Shown here one piece after another: positions 1-10,459 of a DNA stretch of 64,000 nt (the stretch's first letter is position 1; each line of letters starts with the position of its first letter). This DNA is from an uncultured Gemmatimonadaceae bacterium (GTDB lineage: Bacteria; Gemmatimonadota; Gemmatimonadetes; Gemmatimonadales; Gemmatimonadaceae): the NCBI GenBank assembly GCA_963790305.1, contig CAWBOC010000005.1, forward strand, positions 288,001-352,000. Reading direction: 5' to 3'. The position numbers were made by a program, and so were the translations under genes. Below the pieces are notes generated by a model, which saw nothing but the letters and a program-made list of their open reading frames with translations, ran no database searches and was not told where the DNA came from.

Positions 1-668
1 GTCCCGAGCCGATCGTGGTCTTTTTCCCCACAGTAGGCGCACTGGAGTACGGGGAGCGGCCAGTCGGTGGCGCAGCGGCCACAGCGCAAGCGGCGGCTTC
101 GCTCCAGACCGCGCAGCTCGGCGAGCGCAGGCCATGCCGCGCAGACAGGGCAGTACCCATGTGTCCACGCCAATGGCACGTTCTCGCGCCATCGCTCGGC
201 GCACGCATGCAGCAGCGGCATCACGCCGAGCTGCGCGACGACCTCGAGCGCCTGCGGGTCGATGCCCGCGCGCCCGGCAATCCGTTCGACCGCGTCGTGA
301 TCGCGGACGATCGCGGCGTGAAGCAGCCCCACCGCATCGAGTCGGCGGCCGCGCATCGCCGTGGACCATTTCGCACCATCGTCGCGCGCTTCATCAGCGG
401 TGTGGATGAGCTCACGCACGAGCTTGCGCGCCCGACGACCATCGACGCGCACCGATGCCCCTTCGAGGAGCGGCGCATAGGGAGGCCACGCGGCCTCAGT
501 GCGTAACGGGATGTCGGGAACGTCCGAAGCCCAGGCGGAGCTCTCTGCCGCCTGGAGCGCTACATCGAGCAACTTGACCCACGGCCGCCAGGCCTGGTCT
601 AGGTTCCCCTGCGCTTCGTATCCGGGAAGTCGCCCGGCAGTCCCGATACCGCTGGTGGTCCGCTGCAT
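1..668 (-). CDS. fdhE: Formate dehydrogenase accessory protein FdhE (partial, runs off left edge; absent from ORF track)
   Basis: Manual minus-strand translation from ATG 668 gives ...WTHGYCPVCAAWP...RLRCGRCATDW...QCAYCGEKDHDRLG, i.e. three CxxC motifs typical of FdhE. Last visible gene of the fdn operon. Confidence 0.88.
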   Translation of the reverse strand, partial: MQRTTSGIGTAGRLPGYEAQGNLDQAWRPWVKLLDVALQAAESSAWASDVPDIPLRTEAAWPPYAPLLEGASVRVDGRRARKLVRELIHTADEARDDGAKWSTAMRGRRLDAVGLLHAAIVRDHDAVERIAGRAGIDPQALEVVAQLGVMPLLHACAERWRENVPLAWTHGYCPVCAAWPALAELRGLERSRRLRCGRCATDWPLPVLQCAYCGEKDHDRLG

Positions 669-871
669 TCGTCGTCAGGCATGAGGCATGGGGTATCGTA
701 GTACATCTTCGATCCGGCGTGCATGTGAACGACAGGGTTGCGATTCCCCACGTCCGCGCCGCGTTCACCACCACCACGTACGCGATCTGCCTCCGGACTG
801 CCGCACGACGTCAGCATCAGCACACTGGCGATCGCGATTGCCGCGGCAGTGCTCGACGATCGCGTGATCAC
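599..871 (-). CDS. Small hypothetical lipoprotein (90 aa) inside the FDH operon
   Basis: GTG start overlaps the nrfD stop (GTGA). MITRSSSTAAAIAIASVLMLTS-C is a signal peptide with lipobox LTSC. It is the tail of track ORF 599..1756. Confidence 0.65.
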   Translation of the reverse strand: MITRSSSTAAAIAIASVLMLTSCGSPEADRVRGGGERGADVGNRNPVVHMHAGSKMYYDTPCLMPDDECSGPPAVSGLPGDFPDTKRRGT

Positions 872-1788
872 GGCGATATGACCCGGTGCCCCGCGATGTG
901 GACCTGCTCCGACGACAGGAGTGTGACGACGCGAAGCAGAAATCCGCCAACGAGCACCAGGACCGCGGCGGTTGCCGGTCGCGTCGACCAGCGCTTTACC
1001 CATCCCATGCCCATCGCGAGTGGGAGTACGATGCCGGCGCCGATCACGCCCAGGACCAGGAGCACGCCCCACACGCTCACGAACACCTGCGCCGCCGCGC
1101 CCAGCGTGACGAGGAACACGACGATCGCGATGAGCTCGAGAATCAACGCCCACTTGTCGAATTCGGCGAGCTTGCCGAGCGTGATGGCATCGACGGCATC
1201 GCGACGCCGGGCGAGAAGGATGAGTGTTGCCGCTGCCGTCGAAGCGGCGGAAATGAGAAACAGCGCGCCCAACATCGGTGAGTCCGCCCACACCGGCCGG
1301 TTGGTTACACTCAGCAGCACGCCCGTGTAGCCCGCCAGGAAGAATCCGAGAAGGCCGCCGATGATCGCGACGACCACGCGAAATCCGCGGGTGACGACGA
1401 AGCCAGGGCCCCATCGCACACGCTCCTCTTCGCGTGCTGCGCTTAAGGCCGCCAGCGTCGCGAACAACCCGAAGAGCAACAGGCCCCACGAGCCGACGGA
1501 CATCGGCGTCCACGCCTTGAACATCAGATTTCCCGTGTTCGACTCGATGAGCATGTGCCAGAAGCGTAGCGGCCGATGCAGATCGAGGATCAGCAGGATT
1601 CCGCTGATGGCGACACCGATGAACGCGACGTAATAGCCGAGCCTGACGAGTGGCCGGTCGTTGCCGCGTCCGAAGAGATAGAGAAGGGACGCGATGAAGA
1701 AGCTCCCACCCGCGATGCCGCCGATGAAGAAGTAGAAGACGATCCACCACGTCCATTCGGGCGGCGTCGTGTAGAACGTGTCAGGCAC
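868..1788 (-). CDS. nrfD: NrfD/PsrC-family polytopic membrane anchor subunit
   Basis: PEWTWWIVFYFFIGGIAGG, LDLHRPLRFWH, PMSVGSW and YTGVLL...RPVW motifs; about 8 TM helices. GTG at 1788 follows GGAGGA (track start 1803). Confidence 0.88.
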   Translation of the reverse strand: MPDTFYTTPPEWTWWIVFYFFIGGIAGGSFFIASLLYLFGRGNDRPLVRLGYYVAFIGVAISGILLILDLHRPLRFWHMLIESNTGNLMFKAWTPMSVGSWGLLLFGLFATLAALSAAREEERVRWGPGFVVTRGFRVVVAIIGGLLGFFLAGYTGVLLSVTNRPVWADSPMLGALFLISAASTAAATLILLARRRDAVDAITLGKLAEFDKWALILELIAIVVFLVTLGAAAQVFVSVWGVLLVLGVIGAGIVLPLAMGMGWVKRWSTRPATAAVLVLVGGFLLRVVTLLSSEQVHIAGHRVISP

Positions 1789-2596
1789 GCGGCGGTCCTC
1801 CACGCTCCGACTCGGCCACTTCCTCGGAGCGACGCTTGCGCAGCGTCACCAGGCCGACGGCCCCCAGGACGGCTGCGCCGATTGCGGAGCCCGTCGCGCT
1901 GGAGGCGAGATTTCGACTCGGGAGCTTTGGCGTCGGTGGCAGTCCGTAGACCTCGGGCTCATCGACGAGCAGGTAGAACGAATTGAGGCCCCCCAACGGA
2001 CCATCCGGATCGGCGCCGTACAGCTCCGCACGCGTTTCACCCTGCGCTCGAAGCTGATCCCGTCTCCTCTCCGCCCGCTGACGAAGCTCTTCAATGGGAC
2101 CGAACTGAATCGAGTCCGTGGGGCACGCTTTGGAGCAGGCCGGCTCGAGTCCGACACTCATCCGGTCGTAGCAGAGCGTGCATTTCTGCGCTGTGCCAGA
2201 CACCGGGTTCATGTCGATGACGCCGAACGGGCAGCCAGCGATGCAGGCACGGCACCCGTTGCACACGTCCGACTGAATGACGACGGTGTCGAACTCGGTA
2301 CGGATGATGGCGCCCGTCGGGCACACCTCGATGCACCCCGCCTGCACGCAGTGCTTGCAGACGTCGCTCATCATCAGCCAGCGGCCGTTGTACGGCCCAT
2401 CGAACTGCTCGATGAACTTGACGTGACGCCACGTCGTGCCGCTGAGCTGCACGGTGTTGTCGTAGCTGATACCGCTCAACTCGGGTTGGCCGCCTTCCCG
2501 CGCCGGGAGCTGGTTCCAGCTCTTGCACGCGACCTCGCAGGCCTTGCAGCCAATGCAGACGGTCGTGTCGGTGAAGAACCCCATCGCTTCGGCCAT
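1781..2596 (-). CDS. Formate dehydrogenase beta (4x[4Fe-4S]) subunit, FdnH-like
   Basis: CIGCKACEVAC, CKHC..AGCIEVCP, CNGCRACIAGCP and KCTLC..PACSKACP; C-terminal TM helix; TGATG overlap with the alpha subunit. Confidence 0.93.
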   Translation of the reverse strand: MAEAMGFFTDTTVCIGCKACEVACKSWNQLPAREGGQPELSGISYDNTVQLSGTTWRHVKFIEQFDGPYNGRWLMMSDVCKHCVQAGCIEVCPTGAIIRTEFDTVVIQSDVCNGCRACIAGCPFGVIDMNPVSGTAQKCTLCYDRMSVGLEPACSKACPTDSIQFGPIEELRQRAERRRDQLRAQGETRAELYGADPDGPLGGLNSFYLLVDEPEVYGLPPTPKLPSRNLASSATGSAIGAAVLGAVGLVTLRKRRSEEVAESERGGPPRA

Positions 2597-5500
2597 CAGT
2601 CCTTCTCCACGTTGCAGAGGAACGCCTTGCCTTCGTGGATCGACACGTTGGGGTCACCCACCCACGACGTCAGATCGTTCACGACGTCCCCGGTACTCAG
2701 CCCCTCCCAGCCCCAGTGCCACGGCATGCCGACGTGGTGCACGCGCTTGCCCGCGATGTTCATCACGCCGATGCGATCGGTGACGAGCGCCTTCGCGCGA
2801 ATCTCGGCGCGCGGCGTACGGATCTTCACCCAGTCGAGATTGCGAATGCCCTTCTCGTCGGCCAGGGCGCGGCCCATCTCAATGAACAACTCGGGTTGTA
2901 GCTCAGCGAGCCAGGGCAGCCAGCGGCTCATGGCCCCCGCGAGATAGTGCTCCGTCAAGCGGTACGTGGTGATGACGTGCGGGTACGCTGGATCGCCCAC
3001 CTTCGCCACCTGATTGTAGTTCTTGGCCTTCGCCCAGTGCTTGTAGACGGGACTCGTCTGCTGTTTGGGATAGATGAGATTCTGCACGGGCGATTCCACC
3101 GGCTCGTAATGCACCGGCAGCGGGCCATCGACGAGACCGGATGGAACGTACAGCCAGCCCTTGCCGTCGGGCTTCATGATGAACGCATCGAGTCCCGACA
3201 TCGCATCGAGACCAATGCCGTCCGGTCGGGGTTGAGCGTTAGGCGCCTTCGTCAGGGCGAAGTCGGGGACGTCATACCCCATCCACTTCCCAGCGGGCGT
3301 CGCTGCGCCGGTCTGGGCATTCGGCGCGTTCGGCGCCGAGCCGTCCCACCAGATCCAGCGCTTGCGCTCGCTCCACGGGCGCCCTTGTGGGTCCGCCGAT
3401 GCGCGGTTGTACATGACTCGGCGATTCGCCGGCCAGGCCCAGCCCCAGTTGAGGTGCGCGCCCGGCGCGCCCGGCGGATCCGGCGTCCGTCGTGCCGTGA
3501 GATTCCGATCGGGCGCTGGGTAGCAACCGCAATAGATCCACGACGCACAGGTCGTCGAGCCATCGTCCTTGAGCTCGCCGAACCCGGAAAGGTGCTTGGT
3601 CGGGTCAGCCGTCTGGAACCCGGCGATTTCTCGCAGGATCTTCGGCTCGTCAGGCTCGTCGGAGATCTCTCCCCCCGTGGCGCCCGGCACCCGATCGTAA
3701 TCCCAAACGGTGTTCTTCCATCCCTGGTCCCGCGCCGCCGAGCTGTTCGCGTACGCGCGTTTCAGGCGCTTGCCAAGGTGGAAGTAGAACCACGTGTCCG
3801 TCTTGCAGTCGCCTGGCGGATCGGCGGCCTTGAAGTGCCACTGCAGCATCCGCTGCGTGTTCGTGAAGCTGCCGTCGTATTCCGCGATCTGCGTGGACGG
3901 GAAGAAGAAGACCTCGGTGTTGATGTCCCCCACCTTCACGTCGCCGTTCTTGATCTCGGGCGCCGAATACCACTGCGTGGCTGTCTCGGTCATCCAGTTG
4001 TCCTTGACGACCATCCACTCGAGCTTCCGCATCGCCGCCCGCTGCGACGAGCCGTTGAGTGACGTCGCCGGATTCTGTCCGACGCAGATCATTCCCTTGA
4101 CCTTGCCTTCCTCCATCGCGGCCATCATCGCCATGTGCGAGTGATCGCCGATGATCTTGGGATGCCAGTCGTATCCCCAGTTGTTCTCCGGCGTTGCCGC
4201 CGCGCCGTAGAACGACTTCAGGTACGACACCATGAACTTCGGCAGGTTGGCGTAATACCCGCCCGACGGCGTCTCAGTGGTGATGAAGTCACGAAGCGTG
4301 TCGTGCTTCTTGAGCGCCGTGGGGTGGCTCATGTACCCGTGGATGCTGTGATACAGCGTCGGCACGTCGGTAGAGCCCTGAATCGCCGCGTGGCCACGGA
4401 GCGCCATGATGCCACCGCCGGGGCGGCCAATGTTGCCTAACAGCAGCTGGAGCAGCGCACAGCAGCTGATCATCTGCACGCCATTGGTGTGCTGCGTCCA
4501 CGCCACGGCGTACGCGAAGGCCGAGGTGCGGTCACGTCCGGAGTTCTGTAGCAGCGTCTCGGCGACCTGAAGGAACTTGGCCTGCGGGCACCCGGTGACC
4601 TGCTCGACGACCTCCGGCGTGTAGCGCGAGAAGTGGCGCTTGGTGATCTGGAACGAGCACCGCGGATTCTGAAGCGTAGGATCGCGCGGCGCCGGCGGCT
4701 TCTTGAGTGAGCGAACGACGTCGTCCCAATTCAGCGGCGCGGGCGGCTGCGGGCCTTGCGGTCCACCTGCCGCCTGGCCGGCGTTGGGACCCTGCGCCTG
4801 CTTCTGCTCTCCGGAGCGTGCCGTCGGCGCAACCTGCTCACCCTGTCCTTGCACCGACGCCGATTTGTATTGCCACGACGCCGGCTGATAGGAGCCGACG
4901 AACGCGTTGTACGGCCACTCCGGCTTCTCGGTGTATTGCACCAGTCCGGAGAACACGCCGTCGAGGTCTTCCGTATCCTTGAAGTCGTCGCTGACGATCG
5001 TCGCCGCGTTGGTGTAGTTGACCACGTACTCCCGGAAGAAGGGGTCCGTGTTCCACCGCTCGCTGTTGATGACGTAATTGATCAGCCCGCCAAGGAACGC
5101 GACGTCGGATCCGGCGCGGAGAGGCGCGTGAATGTCGCAGTTCGCGCTCGTACGCGTGAACCGCGGATCGACGTGAATCAGTTTGGCGCCGTTCATCTTG
5201 GCCTTCATCGGCCACCGGAACGCGACCGGATGGCACTCGGCCATGTTGGAGCCCATGATCACGAGACAATCAGTGTGCTCCAGGTTGCGCGGATACACCG
5301 TCGCCGCGCCTCGACCAAGCCGTGACCCCAGACCGGGGACGCTAGAGCTGTGTCATATTCGGGCCTGGTTCTCGATCGCGACGATGCCGAGGCCGCGACA
5401 GAACTTCTGGGCGACGTGATTGAACTCGTTGTCGAGTGTCGCGCCGCCGAGGGCGAAGATGGACGTCGTCATGTTGACGAGCTTGCCATCCGGCATCCGC

Positions 5501-5928
5501 TCGACGAACGTCTCGTCGCGTGTCTTCTTGATCAGCTCCGCCACGCGATCCATCGCCCAGCCCATCTCGACGACTTCCCAGTCCTTTGCGCCAGGCTTCC
5601 GGTGCAGGACCTTGGTCGGACGGTTGGGATTCTTGTGCAGCTGGTAGATGGCGGCGCCCTTGGGACAGAGCGTTCCCTCGTTATGCGGGCTGCGCGGATC
5701 GCCCTCAATGTTGATGATCTCGCCGTCCTTCACGTGGATCAGCGTCGCGCAGCCCACCGAGCAGAACGGGCAGATGCTGGGGACCGTCTTGCTGTCCTTG
5801 ATGCGCAGCGCCTGCGCTTTGGCGCGTGCGGGGGCGAGAGTGAGGCCGAGACCGGCGAGGCCGCCCAAAGCGGTCCCGACCCCGGCGCCCGTCGCATAGC
5901 GGAGAAATTCCCGTCGCGTGGCTGTCAT
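2596..5928 (-). CDS. fdnG: Formate dehydrogenase-N-type alpha subunit, selenocysteine-containing (in-frame UGA at 5353-5355), Tat-exported
   Basis: Tat motif TRREFL and Fe-S motif CPFCSVGC...CPKG. The two track ORFs are in the same frame and join as NQARI-U-HSSSVPGLG. Also ALRGH and a C-terminal MGD-binding domain (TTYRLTEH); AGGAG RBS. Confidence 0.95.
5322..5355 (-). promoter_or_regulatory. Bacterial SECIS element immediately 3' of the Sec UGA
   Basis: mRNA reads UGA CAC AGC UCU AGC GUC CCC GGU CUG GGG. The hairpin CCCC-GGUCU-GGGG (5338-5326) has GGUCUG at the same codon offset as I recall for the E. coli fdhF SECIS. Confidence 0.8.
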
Positions 5929-6011
5929 TGCGCTACTCCTCGCGCGAAGCCGGTGTCGCGAGTCGATCGTAAGTTCGCCTTCACTCCTATCTAAGGGCCC
6001 GATCCCAATCG

Positions 6012-6209
6012 TCAAGGTGTATCCCCGTCGTCGATCGCTCGATTAGGCGGCCCGGCCCGCAACCCGGTCGATGAAGGCGGATCGCTCGCGGGAAAGCTCT
6101 CCGCAGATGCCTCGCCGACATCATCGAGGGGGACGTCCCTGGGTGGTGGAGCGCGGTGCCGCTCGCGTGCCACGTCCTGAGCACGGCCTCTCTCCTCTCT
6201 GCTCGTCAT
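6012..6209 (-). CDS. Small hypothetical protein with (D/E)xxSxESFPASDPP motif
   Basis: AGGAGGT RBS before ATG 6209; DDVGEASAESFPASDPPS; paralogous motif at 25583-25792. Confidence 0.65.
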   Translation of the reverse strand: MTSREERGRAQDVARERHRAPPPRDVPLDDVGEASAESFPASDPPSSTGLRAGPPNRAIDDGDTP

Positions 6210-6237
6210 TGCGACAGACCTCCTGCCACGCGTCAGG

Positions 6238-7167
6238 CTATCGACGACCCCGTGTGGAGCGTTTCCCCCGTGGCGGTTCAATGACCAGCACCGAGCACGG
6301 AGCCTTGTCCAAAACCGTTTCCGCCGTGTTCCCTATGACCCGCGCGGCAAGTCCGCGACGGGGGACCGTCCCGATGACGATCAGGTCAATGCAATGCCTG
6401 GTGGCAAAGGCGCCGATCGCCTTTCTGGCGTCGCCGTGTTCGAGATGGATGTGAGTCGGATCGATACGATCCGAGAACGGGGCGACGGTGTCTTCGAGAT
6501 CATGACGCACCTGCTCCCGGGCGTCGGTGACATACTGCTTCAGTTCCGTCTGCGTCAGGCCGCCGCGGCGCATGATCCGCTCGCCGTACGCCTCCCATGC
6601 GTGCAACACGTGCAGTTCACCGTTCAGGGCATCGCTGAACCACAGCCCGGTTTGCATGAGAGCGGCGTTGAGAACATCCGTCGCTCGTCCCCGCCACGGG
6701 CCCGTGTCCACCGCTACGAGAACACGTGGGCGCCCACGGCGGCCACCATGTGCGAATAGGACGGGACAGGGACACTCGCGTACGAGGCGCGTCGCGGTCG
6801 TTCTATCGGGCTGGACGCTGTCCGGGGATGGCGCATCGAGCACGAGGAGATCGTGCCGGCCGCGACGTACTTCAGCGACAAGGGCGTTGACCGGCGAGCC
6901 GTCGAGCAGGGTAACCCGTGGAGTGACGCCGAATCGGCGGACGCGTGTCGCGGTTCGCTGAAGGTCGGCTTCTCGCTGCGATCGCGCGAGCGCGCGCAGG
7001 TTCCACCCTCGAGGCAGAACCCGACGAGCGAGGCGAGGCATCTCCTCCAGCACACCGGCCAGGGTGATCCTCGCACCGGTTGCCGCGGCGAGACGCCCCG
7101 CATATCGCGCAGCGGTGGTGCGACGATCGTCCGATGACCAGACGAGCAGACGCGTGAAGTCCGGCAT
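6238..7167 (-). CDS. Tandem-domain universal stress protein (UspE-like)
   Basis: Two USP domains: LVRECPCPVL, and DLIVIGT..RRGL....IGNTAETVL..APCSVLV. Confidence 0.9.
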   Translation of the reverse strand: MPDFTRLLVWSSDDRRTTAARYAGRLAAATGARITLAGVLEEMPRLARRVLPRGWNLRALARSQREADLQRTATRVRRFGVTPRVTLLDGSPVNALVAEVRRGRHDLLVLDAPSPDSVQPDRTTATRLVRECPCPVLFAHGGRRGRPRVLVAVDTGPWRGRATDVLNAALMQTGLWFSDALNGELHVLHAWEAYGERIMRRGGLTQTELKQYVTDAREQVRHDLEDTVAPFSDRIDPTHIHLEHGDARKAIGAFATRHCIDLIVIGTVPRRGLAARVIGNTAETVLDKAPCSVLVIEPPRGKRSTRGRR

Positions 7168-7325
7168 GCGATTTCCTCTCCTCCCGGTCGCCTTTCGCCT
7201 ATATCATGGCAGACCCGGCGCGAAAGAGTAATGGTCCAAACGGCGATCCCATGGAGTCGGTCATTGTGTGGTGTGGCGAGACCAGTAGCTCGTGACGCGT
7301 TAGGCGTTCGACGATCAGCCTCCCC

Positions 7326-10079
7326 ATGATGGCCTGGCTTCTCGCACTTGCCTTCCTGGGAAGTTGTGCGGCCTGGCCTCTCTCGATCCTGTTCGGACGA
7401 CGGGCGGCCGGCTGGGTGCTCGCGCTCCTCCCCGCGTCTCTGTTCGCTGCCTTCCTGGACTTCGCGCCCGCGATCGCGGCTGGGCGCGCGATCACGTGGC
7501 GGATGGCATGGGCGCCGTCGCTGGGAGTCGATCTCGCGCTCCGCCTCGACGGATTCTCCTTTCTCTTCGCCCTGCTCATTACCGGCATCGGCGCGCTCGT
7601 CGTCGTGTATGCCGGCGACTACCTCTCCACCGAGAGCGCACCGAGCCGCGCGCGATTCTTCACGCTGATCCTGTTGTTCATGACGGCAATGCTCGGCGCC
7701 GTCCTCTCGGACAACCTGCTCCTGCTGTTTCTCTTCTGGGAAGCGACGAGCATTCTGTCGTTCCTGCTCATCGGCTTCCATGCCGACAGCCCGCACGCGC
7801 GACGGGCCGCGTTGATGTCTCTCCGGGTCACGGCCGGGGGAGGACTTGCGCTCCTCGCTGCCATCATCCTCACCGGCATATCGTTGGACAGCTATCTGCT
7901 CACCGACGTCATCGCGCGTGCGGATGAGTTGTCGCAGAGCCGGTGGATCATGCCGATCCTGATCGGCGTGCTGATCGGGGCGTTCACCAAGTCGGCGCAG
8001 TTCCCCTTCCACTTCTGGCTGCCGAATGCCATGCAGGCGCCGACCCCGGCGTCTGCCTATCTCCATTCGGCGACCATGGTGAAGCTCGGCATCTATCTCC
8101 TGGCGCGGTTCGAGCCCGTCATCGGCGCCGTGCCTCGGGGGCGCGATACGCTGATCGCGTTTGCGCTTGCGACGATGCTCCTCGCGGCGTTCCAGGCGCT
8201 GCGCGCCGAGAACTTCAAGAGTGTTCTCGCGTATTCGACCGTGGCGTCGCTGGGCATCCTCGTTATGCTCGTGGGTCTCGATGGGCCCATGGCGACCGTC
8301 GCCATGGTCGGCTTCGTGCTCGCGCACGCGCTCTACAAGGCGACGTTGTTCTTCTGCGCGGGATCGGTGCTGCACGCCACCGGCCTCAGCAAGCTGCGAG
8401 CGATGGGCGGCCTCGTGCGCTTTCTTCCCGTCACCGCGGGGGCGGCGGCCCTGGCCAGTCTCTCAATGGCGGGGCTTCCACCATTTGTCGGGTTCATCTC
8501 CAAGGAGTTCCTGTTCGAAGCCCAGATCCAAAGCTCCTGGAACGCCGTCCCCGTCGCGGTGGCCATGCTCGTCAATGCCGTACTCGTGGCGGTGGCCGGC
8601 GTTGTGACGCTACGCCCTTTCTTTCTCGGCCAGGGAAAGGTGAAGAGCGTGAAACACGGCGAGACGCCGTCGCTGCTGGTCGGTCCCGTCGTCCTGTCGC
8701 TTCTTGGCCTCTTGCTGAGCCTCGAACCCGACTGGATTACCGCGGCAGTGATGCGCCCGGCCGTGATGGCCGTGTACGGAACCGACGTCGCCGTCGAGCT
8801 GCCATCGCTGCGACATGGCGTGACGCAGACCCTCGCGCTGAGTGCGGTCGTCGTCGGCATCGGAGCCCTGATCCTCAGGCTCTGGGGGCCCATCCATGCG
8901 CATCTGCGCGCGCGAACGCTCATCGACCGCTACGACGCGGAGCACGCCTACGAGTTCCTCACCCGGGTCGGGGGCCGCGCGGCGGCGATCACCGCGCGCT
9001 CCATCCAACACGGTGATCTCCGCAAGTATGTGTGGATCGTTCTTGCAGCGTGCCTGGGGTTCGTCACTTGGGGTCTCGTCGCCTCAGGGCGTTGGCCGCG
9101 TCTGCCCGGCGTGTTGACCGGTCTGCGAATCGCACCGGCGGCGGTCGCTCTCATCGGCATTGGCGGCGCATTCGCCGCCGTGCGGGCAAGGACCCTCGTA
9201 TCGACGATGATCGCCGTCGGGCTGACGGGCTTCGTTGCCGCGGTGACCTTCATGATGAACGGGGCACCCGACCTGGCGCTGACACAGTTTGCGGTCGAAT
9301 CGCTCGTGGTGGTGCTGTTGACGGTCGTGTTGCTCGTGCTGCCTCTCCAGGCGCCATCGACGCGTACGAAGCGCGAGCGAACCGTCGACGCGGGACTCGC
9401 AATCGCCTTTTCGCTGGTGATGTTCGTCGTCCTGATCGACATGGGCACGACGTCGGGGGCGGCGCCCGTTTCCGACTTCTTCGCCGCGAACAGCTATGTC
9501 TCGGCGTTCGGACGCAACGTCGTCAACGTCATCCTCGTCGACTTCCGAGGGTTCGACACGCTCGGCGAGACGACTGTCATCGCCCTGTCCGCCATCCTCG
9601 CCTGGTCGCTGCTCGGCCCGAGAATGTTACGCGACCGCGGTGCAGCGGTCGTGCGCGGCCGTACGATTTTCATTCTCGTGATGACGAGCCGGCTCTTCTT
9701 CTGGCTCCTCACCGTCCTGTCCGTGCTCATCCTGCTCCGTGGCCATAACGAGATCGGCGGTGGGTTCGTCGGCGGGCTCACGGCAGCTCTCGGGTTTGCG
9801 CTGATCTCACTCGCTGACGGCACCGACCGGGCTCGGGCGATGCTCCGCGTCCACCCGATCTCCCTGGCTGGTGGCGGGCTTTTCCTCGCCGTCGCGAGCG
9901 GCCTTCCAGGACTCTTCCTCCACGGCGACTTCCTCCGCCACCTGTGGTTCGAGCTCGACGTCTTCGGCATCCAGGTCAAACAGGGAACGACACTTCTGTT
10001 CGATCTCGGTGTGTATCTCGTCGTGCTGGGTGCGGTGCTGGCCTTTCTTTTCGGCCTGCGCCGCGAGGCGGCTCGATGA
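7326..10079 (+). CDS. mrpA: Mrp Na+/H+ antiporter subunit A fused to B (group-2 MrpA')
   Basis: TKSAQFPFHFWLPNAMQAPTPASAYLHSATMVKLG, NVVNVILVDFRGFDTLGE, and C-terminal MrpB motif RGHNEIGGGFVGG...LFDLGVY. Confidence 0.95.
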   Translation: MMAWLLALAFLGSCAAWPLSILFGRRAAGWVLALLPASLFAAFLDFAPAIAAGRAITWRMAWAPSLGVDLALRLDGFSFLFALLITGIGALVVVYAGDYLSTESAPSRARFFTLILLFMTAMLGAVLSDNLLLLFLFWEATSILSFLLIGFHADSPHARRAALMSLRVTAGGGLALLAAIILTGISLDSYLLTDVIARADELSQSRWIMPILIGVLIGAFTKSAQFPFHFWLPNAMQAPTPASAYLHSATMVKLGIYLLARFEPVIGAVPRGRDTLIAFALATMLLAAFQALRAENFKSVLAYSTVASLGILVMLVGLDGPMATVAMVGFVLAHALYKATLFFCAGSVLHATGLSKLRAMGGLVRFLPVTAGAAALASLSMAGLPPFVGFISKEFLFEAQIQSSWNAVPVAVAMLVNAVLVAVAGVVTLRPFFLGQGKVKSVKHGETPSLLVGPVVLSLLGLLLSLEPDWITAAVMRPAVMAVYGTDVAVELPSLRHGVTQTLALSAVVVGIGALILRLWGPIHAHLRARTLIDRYDAEHAYEFLTRVGGRAAAITARSIQHGDLRKYVWIVLAACLGFVTWGLVASGRWPRLPGVLTGLRIAPAAVALIGIGGAFAAVRARTLVSTMIAVGLTGFVAAVTFMMNGAPDLALTQFAVESLVVVLLTVVLLVLPLQAPSTRTKRERTVDAGLAIAFSLVMFVVLIDMGTTSGAAPVSDFFAANSYVSAFGRNVVNVILVDFRGFDTLGETTVIALSAILAWSLLGPRMLRDRGAAVVRGRTIFILVMTSRLFFWLLTVLSVLILLRGHNEIGGGFVGGLTAALGFALISLADGTDRARAMLRVHPISLAGGGLFLAVASGLPGLFLHGDFLRHLWFELDVFGIQVKQGTTLLFDLGVYLVVLGAVLAFLFGLRREAAR

Positions 10080-10459
10080 GCGCTCTCTATGCCTTGCTCG
10101 CGGCGAGCCTGTTCGGCTGCGCACTCTACATGATTCTCTCCCGTAACGTCGTGCGGCTCCTCCTCGGCTTATCGCTCCTGGCGACTGCCGTGAACCTCAT
10201 GGTGTTCCTCGCCGGACACCTCCGGTCGGTCCAGCCGCCGCTGATTCCAGAAGGAGCTGACACACTGCGCGATTCGGCCGATCCCATCCCTCAGGCGTTG
10301 ATCCTCACCGCCATCGTGATCGGGTTCGCGCTGACGGTGGTGCTTTCGGCATTGGCGCTCCGTGCCTATCGGGTGCACGGCACCCTCAGGACCGATGAGA
10401 TTCGGTCGGCCGAGCGTCTCGGAGATCCCTCGGCCCATGAGGCAGCCGGTGATCGCTGA
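10076..10459 (+). CDS. mrpC: Mrp antiporter subunit C
   Basis: ATGA overlap with mrpA; ADPIPQALILTAIVIGF motif. Confidence 0.92.
   Translation: MSALYALLAASLFGCALYMILSRNVVRLLLGLSLLATAVNLMVFLAGHLRSVQPPLIPEGADTLRDSADPIPQALILTAIVIGFALTVVLSALALRAYRVHGTLRTDEIRSAERLGDPSAHEAAGDR

Noticed and set aside
15..506. Plus-strand 163-aa ORF
   Set aside because: Antisense shadow in the same triplet register as fdhE on the minus strand.
5353..5355. fdnG as a nonsense pseudogene or two separate genes
   Set aside because: The TGA is in frame at the Sec active-site position and is followed by a SECIS-like hairpin.
6714..8375. Long antisense or overlapping ORFs (also 1778-2947, 2947-4062, 32203-33651, 51456-53015, 58309-59532)
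   Set aside because: Typical high-GC shadow frames opposite well-supported genes.
7326..10079. MrpA-MrpB fusion as a novelty
   Set aside because: This is the established group-2 mrp operon architecture.
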